This document shows positions 29,928-40,900 of a stretch of DNA of 64,000 nt, one piece after another. This DNA comes from Spirochaetaceae bacterium. Its GTDB lineage: Bacteria; Spirochaetota; Spirochaetia; DSM-2461. Position 1 is the first letter of the stretch. Every line of letters starts with the position of its first letter. Below the pieces are notes generated by a model that was not told the origin of the DNA, made no database searches, and saw only the letters and a program-made list of their open reading frames with translations. The position numbers and the translations under genes were made by a program. The stretch spans positions 88,927-152,926 of the forward strand of contig JAOPTT010000016.1 in the NCBI GenBank assembly GCA_051531975.1. The letters are read 5' to 3'.

Positions 29928-30671
29928 TTACTGCTTTAATCTCCACATCGAGGAAATAGAGCATATTTCTTTGTTTGTTTTGATATTGATAAAAGTATGA
30001 TATCCCTTATTGTCTATAATTGTTGTTTTTAACCTTAGTTCATCGTTAAGGTATGTTTCACCTTTGTATGAAATGTTTACAAATGAAAGTTCCATCTGTT
30101 CTAAATAATCTTCCTGTAGATATGTGAACAACCAGGTTATATATTGGATATTACTTACATGGTTATTGATATCTAGATCACTTCTATTAACTAATATTAT
30201 CTCTTCATGCTCTCCACTATGATCTAACTTCTCAGGTCTTCCTGGAATTATACCAGATAATATATCTTGATCATCTTCTGTTGCCATTCCAGATGCAACT
30301 GTCTCAATTTTAGTTGGTCTTTTAGTTTCAATGTTTAACAAAGCCCATATACTGCTACCATGTATTATATTTTTTCCATCATCATCAAAAACAGAATAAT
30401 CTCTTAATGCTTTAAAGCCCTTAAGACTTTTTGCCCATGTATCAATTTTTACAGATCCTGGCCACACTGGGTAATTGTCGAACTTTAAAGCCATTCCTAT
30501 TAAAACCCAGGTAAGCCCTTGTTCACTTATTAAAGATGGTGAGTCTAATTTGTAGGGTTCGCTGTGTCTTCCAGCTGATTCCTGTAAAAGATCTAATATT
30601 GATGAAGGTGTAATTCGTAAATTCTTATCACAATCGGATGTTCTTATTTTTAGTTTTTCAGTATATGGCAT
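29928..30671 (-). CDS. Acyl-ACP thioesterase (FatA/FatB-like double hotdog)
   Basis: LQESAGRHS, RDY, SDLDINNHVSNIQY; start moved to ATG 30671 after GGAG. Confidence 0.9.
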   Translation of the reverse strand: MPYTEKLKIRTSDCDKNLRITPSSILDLLQESAGRHSEPYKLDSPSLISEQGLTWVLIGMALKFDNYPVWPGSVKIDTWAKSLKGFKALRDYSVFDDDGKNIIHGSSIWALLNIETKRPTKIETVASGMATEDDQDILSGIIPGRPEKLDHSGEHEEIILVNRSDLDINNHVSNIQYITWLFTYLQEDYLEQMELSFVNISYKGETYLNDELRLKTTIIDNKGYHTFINIKTNKEICSISSMWRLKQ

Positions 30672-30851
30672 ATTATCTCCAATCAATTTTACTTTTTTCA
30701 ATATAATTTAGTGTTTATAATACGTATTTATCGAATTTATTGAAAGTACAAAAAAAAATTAAGTGTATAAAAAAGTATTTTACTGTTACTTAATGATAAA
30801 GTAAAATATTAGAAGTTATTAAGTTCTACAATGTATTTTAAAAGGAATCTT

Positions 30852-31802
30852 ATGAGTAAAAAATGGGTAATAATTATAGTTGTTTTGATATCTCTAATAA
30901 TAATCCCAATTGGTGCTAGTAGAAATGGTAATAGAATAATTGAAGTTAAAGCTAATAAAAATAAGGGTTTTTATACTAACTATTATCTATATATACCAAA
31001 GAGGATTGATAACGATAAAAACAGTGTATTGTTGGTAGAACCTAATAATACAGGTACAACAAGTGATAACCATAAACAACATGAATCTGCAGTAATAAAT
31101 AAAATGGAATATGGAATTAGTGTTAAGATCGCTGAAGAATTAGGTATCCCACTGTTAGTACCAGTTTTTGATAGATTAGATAGTCACTGGCAGATGTATA
31201 CACATTCATTAGATAGAGAATCGTTAAAAAACAATAAAGGATATTTAAAACGAATTGATTTGCAGTTAATCAATATGATAAAAGACTCAAAGGTTATATT
31301 AAAAGAATATGGAATAAATATAGCTGATGATGTACTACTTAATGGCTTTTCTGCATCTGGAAGTTTTGTGAATAGATTTACTGCTATACACCCCAAAAAG
31401 GTTAGGGCTGTAGTCGCCGGTGGTATAAATTGTATGCCGATATTGCCAATAGAGACTTTAGATAATAAAACTCTTATTTATCCAATTGGTATAGGAGACA
31501 TTAAAGAACTGATTAATATTGAGTTTGACTTGCAAGAGTATACTAAAGTGCCACAATTCATCTATATGGGAAGCCTTGATGATAATGATACTTTACCTTA
31601 TGACGATGCATTTGGTGAGGAAGAGCGTATCCTTATTAAATTAGTATTAGGAACCAAAATGTTGGACAGATGGAATAGATCAAAAATGATATATGAAGAA
31701 CAAAAAATTAACGCAAAAATGGTAATGTATGAAGGTATCGGTCATACGATGAATGATGATGTAAAAAAAGATATAAAGAACTTTTTAAGAGATAATATAT
31801 AG
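30852..31802 (+). CDS. Membrane-anchored or exported alpha/beta hydrolase
   Basis: Nucleophile elbow GFSASG, GSLDDND, C-terminal GIGH; N-terminal hydrophobic segment. Confidence 0.75.
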   Translation: MSKKWVIIIVVLISLIIIPIGASRNGNRIIEVKANKNKGFYTNYYLYIPKRIDNDKNSVLLVEPNNTGTTSDNHKQHESAVINKMEYGISVKIAEELGIPLLVPVFDRLDSHWQMYTHSLDRESLKNNKGYLKRIDLQLINMIKDSKVILKEYGINIADDVLLNGFSASGSFVNRFTAIHPKKVRAVVAGGINCMPILPIETLDNKTLIYPIGIGDIKELINIEFDLQEYTKVPQFIYMGSLDDNDTLPYDDAFGEEERILIKLVLGTKMLDRWNRSKMIYEEQKINAKMVMYEGIGHTMNDDVKKDIKNFLRDNI

Positions 31803-32042
31803 TAATAGTTTCTGTTAATACCTATATACATACATTAAATATCAAAAAATTGTAAAGTTTTATACTAATGATTCTCTATATAAATAATATTTCATTGTAG
31901 TTAAAAATAATTTTGTTTAACTGTTAGAATCTAATAAGTTTTATCCTCGATTGTATGGTATAATTAAGTATAAATACTGTTAATTATTGTTGTCCAAAGG
32001 CATGAGTTTCTAGATAAATTGAAATTTTAATTGGAGGGACCA

Positions 32043-32243
32043 ATGAATCTATTTAAATGGGGAATTAAAGGAACAAAAAAGTTGGATGCATGGGATGTTT
32101 TTTGTATAAAAATATTCGCTTTTGCAGGGGCTTTATTATTTGCAAATCTATGGAGTCCAATACTATCTCTTGATTGGTATTGGTATCTAATTATAGTCTT
32201 ACTTGCAATGATAAAACCGACTTTAAGTTTCTTCAAAAAGTAG
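32043..32243 (+). CDS. Small two-TM membrane protein
   Basis: GGAGG RBS before ATG 32043; two hydrophobic helices. Confidence 0.7.
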   Translation: MNLFKWGIKGTKKLDAWDVFCIKIFAFAGALLFANLWSPILSLDWYWYLIIVLLAMIKPTLSFFKK

Positions 32244-32260
32244 TTATTTAAGAAATTATA

Positions 32261-33010
32261 TTATTGATCAGCGTAAATACTAAGAACTAGCTTAGTTTGT
32301 GCTTCATTATAATTATCAAAGTTACCACTATCAGGATAGTTTTCCTGTATGTAATTAACTAAAGATTCCCATTCTTTATATACTATTGGTATCATTTTTT
32401 TCATCTTTATTCCTAAATAATGAAGGATTGCTATTTCTATATAGTTGTTATAGAGCTCTGGCTTATTATCAAATAGAGATTCTACAAATATTAAATATCC
32501 TACTACTAAAGCCTGATCAAAACGATTTTCACTTGATATTCGTAAATAGTTTAAAGTAACAGCTTCTACTAACTCCTCGTCTAAGTTAGAAATTTCATTT
32601 ACTGTTGTTAATATCCCACTAAAAACTTGTTGATTATTCTCTTTCTGAGAGATTAAAATATCCCTTAATATTGCTTCGGATTTAACTCCAGGGAGTAAAC
32701 TCAGTATTTGGTAACACGTCATTCTAACTAAAGGGAAATCATAGCCTGCATCAGTAACATCAGTTAATAAATATGATATTAATTCATAATGGTTATAATT
32801 ATTTTCTATATTTTGCTCAATTTTAGATCCTAATATTTGCAGAGTATCGAATTGAACTTTTTCGTTCGATATTTCAGGATGAATTTGTGATTCCTTATAT
32901 ATTTCCAAAGCAGATGGAGTATTTTCATAAAGATTATTAACATCAGTCTCACTAAATACGAATAGACTGTTTATTAGAATTAACACAGATAACAAAAATA
33001 TAATTTTCAT
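32261..33010 (-). CDS. Exported hypothetical helical (possibly HEAT-like) protein
   Basis: GAGGTG RBS, signal peptide ending VFS, 249 aa. Confidence 0.65.
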   Translation of the reverse strand: MKIIFLLSVLILINSLFVFSETDVNNLYENTPSALEIYKESQIHPEISNEKVQFDTLQILGSKIEQNIENNYNHYELISYLLTDVTDAGYDFPLVRMTCYQILSLLPGVKSEAILRDILISQKENNQQVFSGILTTVNEISNLDEELVEAVTLNYLRISSENRFDQALVVGYLIFVESLFDNKPELYNNYIEIAILHYLGIKMKKMIPIVYKEWESLVNYIQENYPDSGNFDNYNEAQTKLVLSIYADQ

Positions 33011-33164
33011 AGTTCACCACCTCAGACAACAATACTTTAATAGTAATTAATTTTAATTGAAAGAATTAAAATATTAATTTATTGGAATCTATAAATATGA
33101 CTCTTTTTTTTTAAGTTTTGTTGAATTATTACTAAGTATAAATAATAATTTAATTAGAGGAACA

Positions 33165-34154
33165 ATGAAGATATACAATTGGACATTTTTATTATTATCT
33201 TTAATATTAGTTATGTCATGTAGACCAAAAAACAAAAAAAATGATGAAGAAAACCAATTAGAAAACTCTAAAAAAGTAGTAATTGTACATTCTTACCATG
33301 ACAGTGTTGGTGGTGTTATCACAAAAAATGAAAGCCTTTTAGCTATATTAAATAGATATAATATTATATATGACATTATTTATTTGGATACCAGAAGAGT
33401 TACAGATGAAGATAAAAGACTAGAAATCTCAATTAATGCCTATAACAAAATATTAGAAATACAACCTGATTTGGTTATTACATTTGATGATAATGCTATG
33501 AAATACCTAGTAAAACCATATCTTAGAGATAGTGAAATACCTATAATTTTTGGTGGAATAGACTGGGACGCATCTGTATATGAACTTCCATATAAAAATA
33601 CCACAGGAATAGTCTCTGTGGATCTTATAGAACCATTAATTAAAAATCTTAAGTCCTTAAGCAGTGGAGATAAAGTTGCATGGTTAGGATATGAAGATTT
33701 GACTTCCAGAAAAACTATAAAAGCTTATAAAGATGTATTAGATCTTAATATTGACCACTATTATGTTATATCCAACTCAGAGTTTAAATCTCAATTTATT
33801 AATATCCAAAAAGAATACGATATAGTTCTATTAAGTGGGTCACTAACAAATATTGTGGATTGGGACATCTTATCCATAACAGAGTTTATTCATAATAATA
33901 TTAAAATCCCAACAGGTTCAGTAAACATAGAAGTATTTGACCTCTCATTAATATTAATTACTAAGAGCAAATATGAGTTAGGAAACTGGATTGGAAAAAC
34001 TGCAATAAAAATATTACAGGGTGCGCCTGTTTCGGATATAGATATAACACTCACCACAGAAGCAAATTTATATCTAAATTTTGAATTAGCAGAACTATTA
34101 GATCTCTCTTTCCCTTCAGAACTTATTAAAAACATGCAAGAACTGGAAAATTAA
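33165..34154 (+). CDS. Substrate-binding lipoprotein (ABC_sub_bind-like)
   Basis: Lipobox VMS-C; VHSYH, PDLVITFDDNA, PIIFGG, NTTG; no permease or ATPase nearby. Confidence 0.78.
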   Translation: MKIYNWTFLLLSLILVMSCRPKNKKNDEENQLENSKKVVIVHSYHDSVGGVITKNESLLAILNRYNIIYDIIYLDTRRVTDEDKRLEISINAYNKILEIQPDLVITFDDNAMKYLVKPYLRDSEIPIIFGGIDWDASVYELPYKNTTGIVSVDLIEPLIKNLKSLSSGDKVAWLGYEDLTSRKTIKAYKDVLDLNIDHYYVISNSEFKSQFINIQKEYDIVLLSGSLTNIVDWDILSITEFIHNNIKIPTGSVNIEVFDLSLILITKSKYELGNWIGKTAIKILQGAPVSDIDITLTTEANLYLNFELAELLDLSFPSELIKNMQELEN

Positions 34155-34250
34155 CTTAAGACATATTAAAAGTATATTATTACCATTATCAAAATAAAAA
34201 AAAAATTATATTTCTGCTGTTTATTGGGACATAATTTTATCAAAAAACAG

Positions 34251-34296
34251 TTATCAATTGACAAGTATTTATCGTTGTTATATTATCAATTGATAA
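34251..34296 (+). promoter_or_regulatory. Sigma70 promoter overlapped by two palindromic operators
   Basis: TTGACA (34258)-17 nt-TATTAT (34281); TTATCAATTGACAA at 34251-34264 and perfect palindrome TTATCAATTGATAA at 34283-34296. Confidence 0.8.
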
Positions 34297-34325
34297 GCAT
34301 AGATGAGAAGATTAAGGAAGTATTC

Positions 34326-35108
34326 ATGCGCACAGAACTATATTATTTTACAGGAACTGGGAATTCTCTATATTTAACAAAACAGATAGCAAATAAATTT
34401 GAGAATTCAAAGATAATTCCAATTACTAATCTAGATTTAACAAAAGATGTAATTTCATATGCAGAAAATATTGGAATCATTTTCCCAGTATATTGTCTTG
34501 ATATACCTGAGATTGTGAAACAATTTATGAAAGTTCTAAAAACTAACAATAATAGTTATATCTTTATATATTACAGTTATGGTGGTTCATCAGGAAATAC
34601 AGCTTTTAAATCATTTAAGATATTAAAAGATAATAATATAATACTTTCAAATTATTTTGGTGTAAAACTACCGGATAATAGCATTGTATATACTCCACCT
34701 AAAGAAAATATTAAGATTATATTTGATTCGGCATACAAAATTATTATTTCATCCATAGATAAAATTTGTGCTAAAGAAATCTCAAAAGCACCACCATATA
34801 ATTATTTAAACAATATTTCAGGTGCTCTACTAAAAATAGGTGTTTGGTATCTTGGATTTGATAGGATGTATATAATTCCAGATAAATGTACTAACTGTAA
34901 TTTATGCACCCGTATCTGCCCATTAAATAATATTGAGGAGAATGAATCTTTACCAATAATAAAGAAAAACTGTGAAATGTGTTTTGCATGTATTAATTTT
35001 TGTCCAAAAGAAGCTATTAGATATCATAGGATGAAAGATGATAATAATTTTCAATATAAAAATCCCCATGTTACATTTAGTGAAATCGAAAATATGAAGG
35101 TTTATTAA
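34326..35108 (+). CDS. EFR1-family flavodoxin-ferredoxin fusion
   Basis: YYFTGTGNS, FPVY flavodoxin part; CTNCNLCTRICP and CEMCFACINFCP; start moved to ATG 34326 after AAGGA. Confidence 0.9.
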   Translation: MRTELYYFTGTGNSLYLTKQIANKFENSKIIPITNLDLTKDVISYAENIGIIFPVYCLDIPEIVKQFMKVLKTNNNSYIFIYYSYGGSSGNTAFKSFKILKDNNIILSNYFGVKLPDNSIVYTPPKENIKIIFDSAYKIIISSIDKICAKEISKAPPYNYLNNISGALLKIGVWYLGFDRMYIIPDKCTNCNLCTRICPLNNIEENESLPIIKKNCEMCFACINFCPKEAIRYHRMKDDNNFQYKNPHVTFSEIENMKVY

Positions 35109-35266
35109 TCTTCTAGATAGTTTAAAAGAAATACATCAAAAAAAATAATAACGAAATTCAAAAAGATTTATATTACAATTAATTAAACAAAAAGTTTAAT
35201 AGTTACAAGAAACCTGTGAACTTAATTTAGCAAATTAACATAGAAATAAATTGTTAATATCGGAGG

Positions 35267-36940
35267 ATGTATATGAAACAATCAAAATATCAATTTGCAA
35301 TCCTGTTTATTGCTATTTTTGCTACATTGGGTATATTTCCCATATCCGTATATCTTTTTTCTAAATATTCAGATTATTTGCATAAAAGAGAAACTTATAT
35401 AGCTGTTCAAAGAGAGTTACAGGAGCAGTTAGTTAGAAGTATTAATTACAACCATCTAGAGATAATTAAAGATTTGGAATTCATAATATACTCCTCTAAT
35501 TTTCAGATGTATATAAATAGTGACATTATTACTAATCAACTTACAGATGATCTATTATTATTAAGTAGTTTGAATGGTAATTACGATCAGGTTAGGTATA
35601 TAGACATAAACGGGGATGAGAAGATCAGAATAAACTATAATAATGGTGAACCGGTTATAGTTCCTAAAGGTGAGCTTCAAAATAAAAAAGACAGATATTA
35701 TTTTAAAGATACTTTGTCCTTTAAGGAACCGACAATACTGATTTCAAAATTGGATTTAAATATAGAAAATGGAGAAATTGAGACTCCATATAAACCAATG
35801 TTAAGGTATTCTATACCAGTTTTTGATAATAAAGGTATAGTGAAAGGTGTATTAGTTTTAAATTATTATGCTGATGAATTAATTAACTCTTTAATAGAAG
35901 AGACTAAACTCCATGATAGCAATTTTATGATGTTAAATTCCGAAGGTTATTTTTTTCATGGTTTAAGTAATGACAAACTTTGGGGATTTATGTTTAAGGA
36001 TGGAAAAGAGAACAATATTATAAATATAGAAAGTCTACCGGATGATTTTGAAAATGAAATAAGTTATATAGATAATAATATTTATATTCAAAGGAAAATA
36101 AAATTAAATAAAGAAATATGTATTAAAAATAGTTACGGTATTAAATATTATCAAGTTCACCAAATGGATGATTTTTGGGTAATTATTAGCGAAGGGAAAA
36201 ATAAAGTTTACTTTAGTAATGATATTATATTTAAGATCTTTAGTTCTTTATGGCATGTCGAGGTATTATATCTTATTTTGTCTTTAATAACTTCTTATCT
36301 TTTAACATATTTAGTAAATAGGAATATTTCAATTAAAGACCAAAAAGAGACATTAAAACAGATAATGAATAAAGTTGTTAATGCTCTTGAAGCAACATCC
36401 TTATTAGACGATGACGATACGGGTTGCCATATAAAAAGAGTTTGTGAATATTCTTATATACTAGCAAAAAAATATGGACTTTCAGAGTCTGTTTCTAAAG
36501 AAATTAAAGAATTGGCATCACTGCATGATATAGGGAAGGTTGGTGTTCATGATAATATTCTCAAGAAACAGGGGAAGTTAAATAAAGATGAATGGGAGGA
36601 GATGAAAAGGCATGTTTTGTATGGAATGAAACTTGTAAGCAATCTTAACCTTAGTCCTGCAGCCCTAAATATAGTATTATATCATCATGAAAACTGGGAT
36701 GGTTCAGGTTATACCAATAATTTAATTGGAGAATCTATCCCTCTAGAAGCCCGTATAGTTGCTTTAGCCGATGTATATGATGCATTAAGAAATACCAGAA
36801 GTTATAAACCGGCATTTTCACATAGTAAATCAGTTGAAATAATTAAGTCAGAAAGTGGTACAAAGTTTGATCCTGAGATTGTTAATTTGTTTTTATTAAT
36901 TGCTGATAAATTTAATGAAATTTCTATCAGACTGAAATAA
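35267..36940 (+). CDS. Membrane Cache + HD-GYP cyclic-dinucleotide phosphodiesterase
   Basis: Two TMs, LQNKKDRYYF/SKLDLNIE Cache pattern, TGCHIKRV, LHDIGK, HHENWDGSGYT, ADVYDAL. Confidence 0.9.
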   Translation: MYMKQSKYQFAILFIAIFATLGIFPISVYLFSKYSDYLHKRETYIAVQRELQEQLVRSINYNHLEIIKDLEFIIYSSNFQMYINSDIITNQLTDDLLLLSSLNGNYDQVRYIDINGDEKIRINYNNGEPVIVPKGELQNKKDRYYFKDTLSFKEPTILISKLDLNIENGEIETPYKPMLRYSIPVFDNKGIVKGVLVLNYYADELINSLIEETKLHDSNFMMLNSEGYFFHGLSNDKLWGFMFKDGKENNIINIESLPDDFENEISYIDNNIYIQRKIKLNKEICIKNSYGIKYYQVHQMDDFWVIISEGKNKVYFSNDIIFKIFSSLWHVEVLYLILSLITSYLLTYLVNRNISIKDQKETLKQIMNKVVNALEATSLLDDDDTGCHIKRVCEYSYILAKKYGLSESVSKEIKELASLHDIGKVGVHDNILKKQGKLNKDEWEEMKRHVLYGMKLVSNLNLSPAALNIVLYHHENWDGSGYTNNLIGESIPLEARIVALADVYDALRNTRSYKPAFSHSKSVEIIKSESGTKFDPEIVNLFLLIADKFNEISIRLK

Positions 36941-37084
36941 CATTTAATCCATAATTTAATTCATGATAACAACACATCTACAAAACTCACAATCTCTCCT
37001 TTGCGGATAATATACATAATAAATCAGATTCTATACATATGTTTATACAATAATCAGGTGTATAAGCATATTATAGGAAAATAA

Positions 37085-37408
37085 ATGAAAAGATATGGTC
37101 AAATAATTAAAGTTAAAGAAGATAAAATTCAGCGTTATAAAGAGCTTCATAGTGCTATATGGCCTAAAGTTGCCAAGATGATTACAGAGTGTAATATTAG
37201 AAATTATTCAATCTTTTTAAAAGAGAATACCTTATATGCTTATTTTGAATATATTGGTACGGATTTTACAAAAGACATGGAAAAAATGGCTGCAGATGAT
37301 ACAACACAAAAATGGTGGGCTGAATGTAATCCATGTCAGGAACCTATAGAAACAGCATTAAAAGAAGAGTGGTGGATCAATATGGAAGAAGTATTTCATC
37401 AGGATTAA
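37085..37408 (+). CDS. rhaM: L-rhamnose mutarotase family protein
   Basis: YKELHSAIWP, IRNYSIF, TQKWW, MEEVFH. Confidence 0.85.
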   Translation: MKRYGQIIKVKEDKIQRYKELHSAIWPKVAKMITECNIRNYSIFLKENTLYAYFEYIGTDFTKDMEKMAADDTTQKWWAECNPCQEPIETALKEEWWINMEEVFHQD

Positions 37409-37432
37409 AATATCGTAATACCGGAGTAAAAC

Positions 37433-37867
37433 ATGTTATTTGAAATAAATAGAACAACTGATGCAGTTAAGGAACTGATATCATTATGTATTGGATATCC
37501 TACAGATGAAAAAGTAGAAAATAAGTTAAACATATATTTAAACTCAGAAGAACATAGACTTTACCGAAATGCTGATTTCTCAGGGATTATTGGAATTAGA
37601 CATAAATGTGATGACGTTATTGAAATTACAAGTATAGCGGTCTCTACTGATAAGAGAAAACAATACTTAGGAAAAAATCTTATTGATGATTTAATTAAAA
37701 TGGAGAATTGTAAGTCAATATTTGCAGAAACTGATAACAGTACTGTTGGATTCTACCGTAAGTACGGTTTTTCTTTTGAAAATCTAGGAGAAAATTATCC
37801 AGGTTTTGTTAGGTATTTATGTAAGCTAGAATGTTCTAATTTAATAACCACCACTACTAATCTCTAA
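37433..37867 (+). CDS. GNAT family N-acetyltransferase
   Basis: IAV...RKQYLGK acetyl-CoA motif, AETD, GFYRKYGF. Confidence 0.85.
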   Translation: MLFEINRTTDAVKELISLCIGYPTDEKVENKLNIYLNSEEHRLYRNADFSGIIGIRHKCDDVIEITSIAVSTDKRKQYLGKNLIDDLIKMENCKSIFAETDNSTVGFYRKYGFSFENLGENYPGFVRYLCKLECSNLITTTTNL

Positions 37868-37904
37868 ACTAGTTTAATGACTATTGTTATGTTAAAATTA
37901 GATC

Positions 37905-40900
37905 ATGGTTCGACGATCAATATTAATCATATTAGCCCTTATTTCCACAACAGCATTTTCTGGCTCTCTAGAAGATGGAACAGAACTATTTAACAGTGGT
38001 ACAGCATTTTATCAAAATGGTGATTATAAATCTGCATATGAAACTTTAAAAGAAAGTATAACTCAATTCAAAATGGTAGAAAATGAGGTCGCTGATGAGT
38101 GGCTTCTAAATTCATTTCTCTGGTCTGGAGCAGCAGCATATAATCTGGGGTACTTTGATGAGTCGGAAAGTTATTATCTAAAATCTTTAAAACTAGCGGA
38201 ATACCATGAAAGTATTCAGTATCAGTCAAATATTGTAACTGCACTGGCTAACTTGAAATTTAGTTTAGCTGAATATTCAGAGGCAGGTAATTGGTATATT
38301 AAATCTTCGAAACTGTTAAAAACATTAGATTCAATTCCTGAATCTACCTGGGCATTAGAATATGGTGGATATAGCAAAGTTCTAGCTAAAGAATACAGTT
38401 TGGCCTATGAAATATATGAAGAAATTATAGAAAATTACTCATCTAGTAAACAGGATAATGAAATAGCTAATTTATATTCTATGTCAGGTAACTGCCTCTA
38501 TTATATGATGGATTTAGAAGGTGCTTTAAGTTATTACCAACATGCGACTTCACTATTAGAACAGTATGGGTCCTCAATACCACTTTCACAATTTTATGGG
38601 TGGCTTGGTAAAATATATTTTGATTCATCAGAAAATGAAAATGCATTAAGGTATTTTAAACAATCCTTAAACATGGCTAAAGAACTAAACAGTCAAGAAG
38701 ATGAATCGAGAATACTTGGATATTTAGGTTTTTTATATGCTAGTATTGGTGAATATACAAATGGAGTAAATTATTATAAAAAGTCACTTGAAGTTGCAAT
38801 AAATATCGGACAAGCTCAGTTTATAGTTGCAGCATATGAAAGTCTTGCCTGGATATACGGTTTAAGCAAAGATGAAGATGAAATAATAGAGATTAAAAAG
38901 AGACTAATAGAACTATTTAAACAGACTAATGATGAACCAAAACTAGTACAAAATTTTAATGATTTAGGTTATATCTTTTATGAGAGAGAATTATATAAAG
39001 AATCAATACCACTCTTTGAAAGTTCTGTGAATCTATTAAGAAAAGCACCTGATAATGAAACGCTAAAAACAGTTCTAATTAACTTAGGAATGTCATATGA
39101 AAAAATAGGAAATAAGGCACTTTCAGAGAAATATCTAAATGAAAGTTTATCAATAAGTTTAAATGAAGGAGATACTTCTGGGGCTGAAGATATTCTAGGT
39201 CACTTCAATCTGATTTATTCAAATGATTCTGACTATTATAGTTTAATAGATTCGCTAAAAAGGTTTATCCCAATTTACAAATTGGAAAAGGACTATAAAA
39301 AACTTCTACATGTAACAAATAACATTGGTGTTGCATATTATGAAATAGACGAATATAACAAAGCTATTAAATATTATACTGATGCAAAAATACTTGCGAC
39401 CCAGTTAGAGGATTATGAAGAACTGAGTATCTCTTTGCACAATATTGCTCAGTCAAAAGCTAAACTTGCACTATTTGACGAAGCGTTAGAAATAAATGAA
39501 CAAGCCTTGGATATTGCAACAAAACATGGCTTATTAGATATAGAAGCTAATCTGTGGAACAGTCTTGGTGAACTTTATAGAGCCTGGGGTTGGTATGAAA
39601 AAAGTTTAACTTGTTACAATAATGCTTTTGTAATATTTGAACAAGAAAATAACATAGAAGGTATAGCGACTATAAATAATAATATAGGTCAAGCTCTTAG
39701 GGGTAGTGGACAAGCCCAGGCTTCAATCCCTTATTATATAGATGCCCTAGAATTAAGTATAAAAGTTAACGATAAAAAATTACAGGCAATAACACTTAGT
39801 AATTTAGGTGAAGCCTATAGAGATAATAATGAAAATGATAAGGCTATGGAATATTATTCTAAGGCTTTACAAACTGATATTGAAATTAAAAATCTAGAAG
39901 GTATTCATATAAGAAAAAATAATATAGCTCTTCTAGATCTTATTTCTGGGGATTACATAAAAGCACGGGATACTTTTGAGGTCGGTCTTAAATACTGGCA
40001 AAAAATAGGAGATAGGCGGGAAGAGTCTATAGCTTTAAAAAACCTATGGGCAGTTAATTTTCAAATGGATAAATATGAAACTGCAGCAGAATATTTAGTA
40101 GAAGTTGTAAGAATACAGGAACAATTAAGATTAACTGCTAAAGGAGCAATACGAAGAGAGTATCTTGATTCGCAGATAGAATCCTATAGAGATCTTGCAG
40201 CTACATATTATTACATGAAAGACCCTTTAAACGCTTTATATTTTATGGAACTCTCTAGGGGTAAATATCTTCTTGAACAGATGAATATAACTAATGATAG
40301 TGTCTATGATTGGAGTACATATACAGATTTTATTCAAAATATGAAACAAGGATCAGCACTTTTAACTTATTCAGTAACTGATAAAAATTTAATTCAGGCT
40401 ATTTCAATAGAAAATGACAGGGTTTCAACGACTCTAATAAATATTGAAGAGCAGTTTCTAGATTCTATTTATGATGATTTTGGTTCTCTAATTAATAGAT
40501 ACGTAGATGGATCTACAAATAACCAATTTGAAACTATTCTTAAGTTCTACCGTATTTTACTTTCCCGTCCTATTCAGTCCAGATCTACAACTAAAGCTAT
40601 TAATGATATCGGAGGATATCTATATTCAAAATTAATTACTCCATTCCATGATAATCTTAAAGGTATAAATCAGTTAATTATTGTCCCTGATGGTATTCTT
40701 GGAACTATCCCATTTGAAGTTTTAACCGATGAAAATAGTAAATATTTAATAGAAAGATATGATATAAGTTATTCACAATCTTTAGTTATTTCTCAGATAA
40801 TAAATAATAGAGAATACAAAGAAGATCGAAATCCCATGCTTGCATTTGGTGGAGCTATTTATGAAGATAATATTAATGTTGTTAGTTCAGATAAAATAGT

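Noticed and set aside
36682..36720. GYT in place of GYP as a sign of an inactive HD-GYP domain
   Set aside because: The metal-binding H, HD, HH and D residues are all present; one loop substitution is weak evidence.
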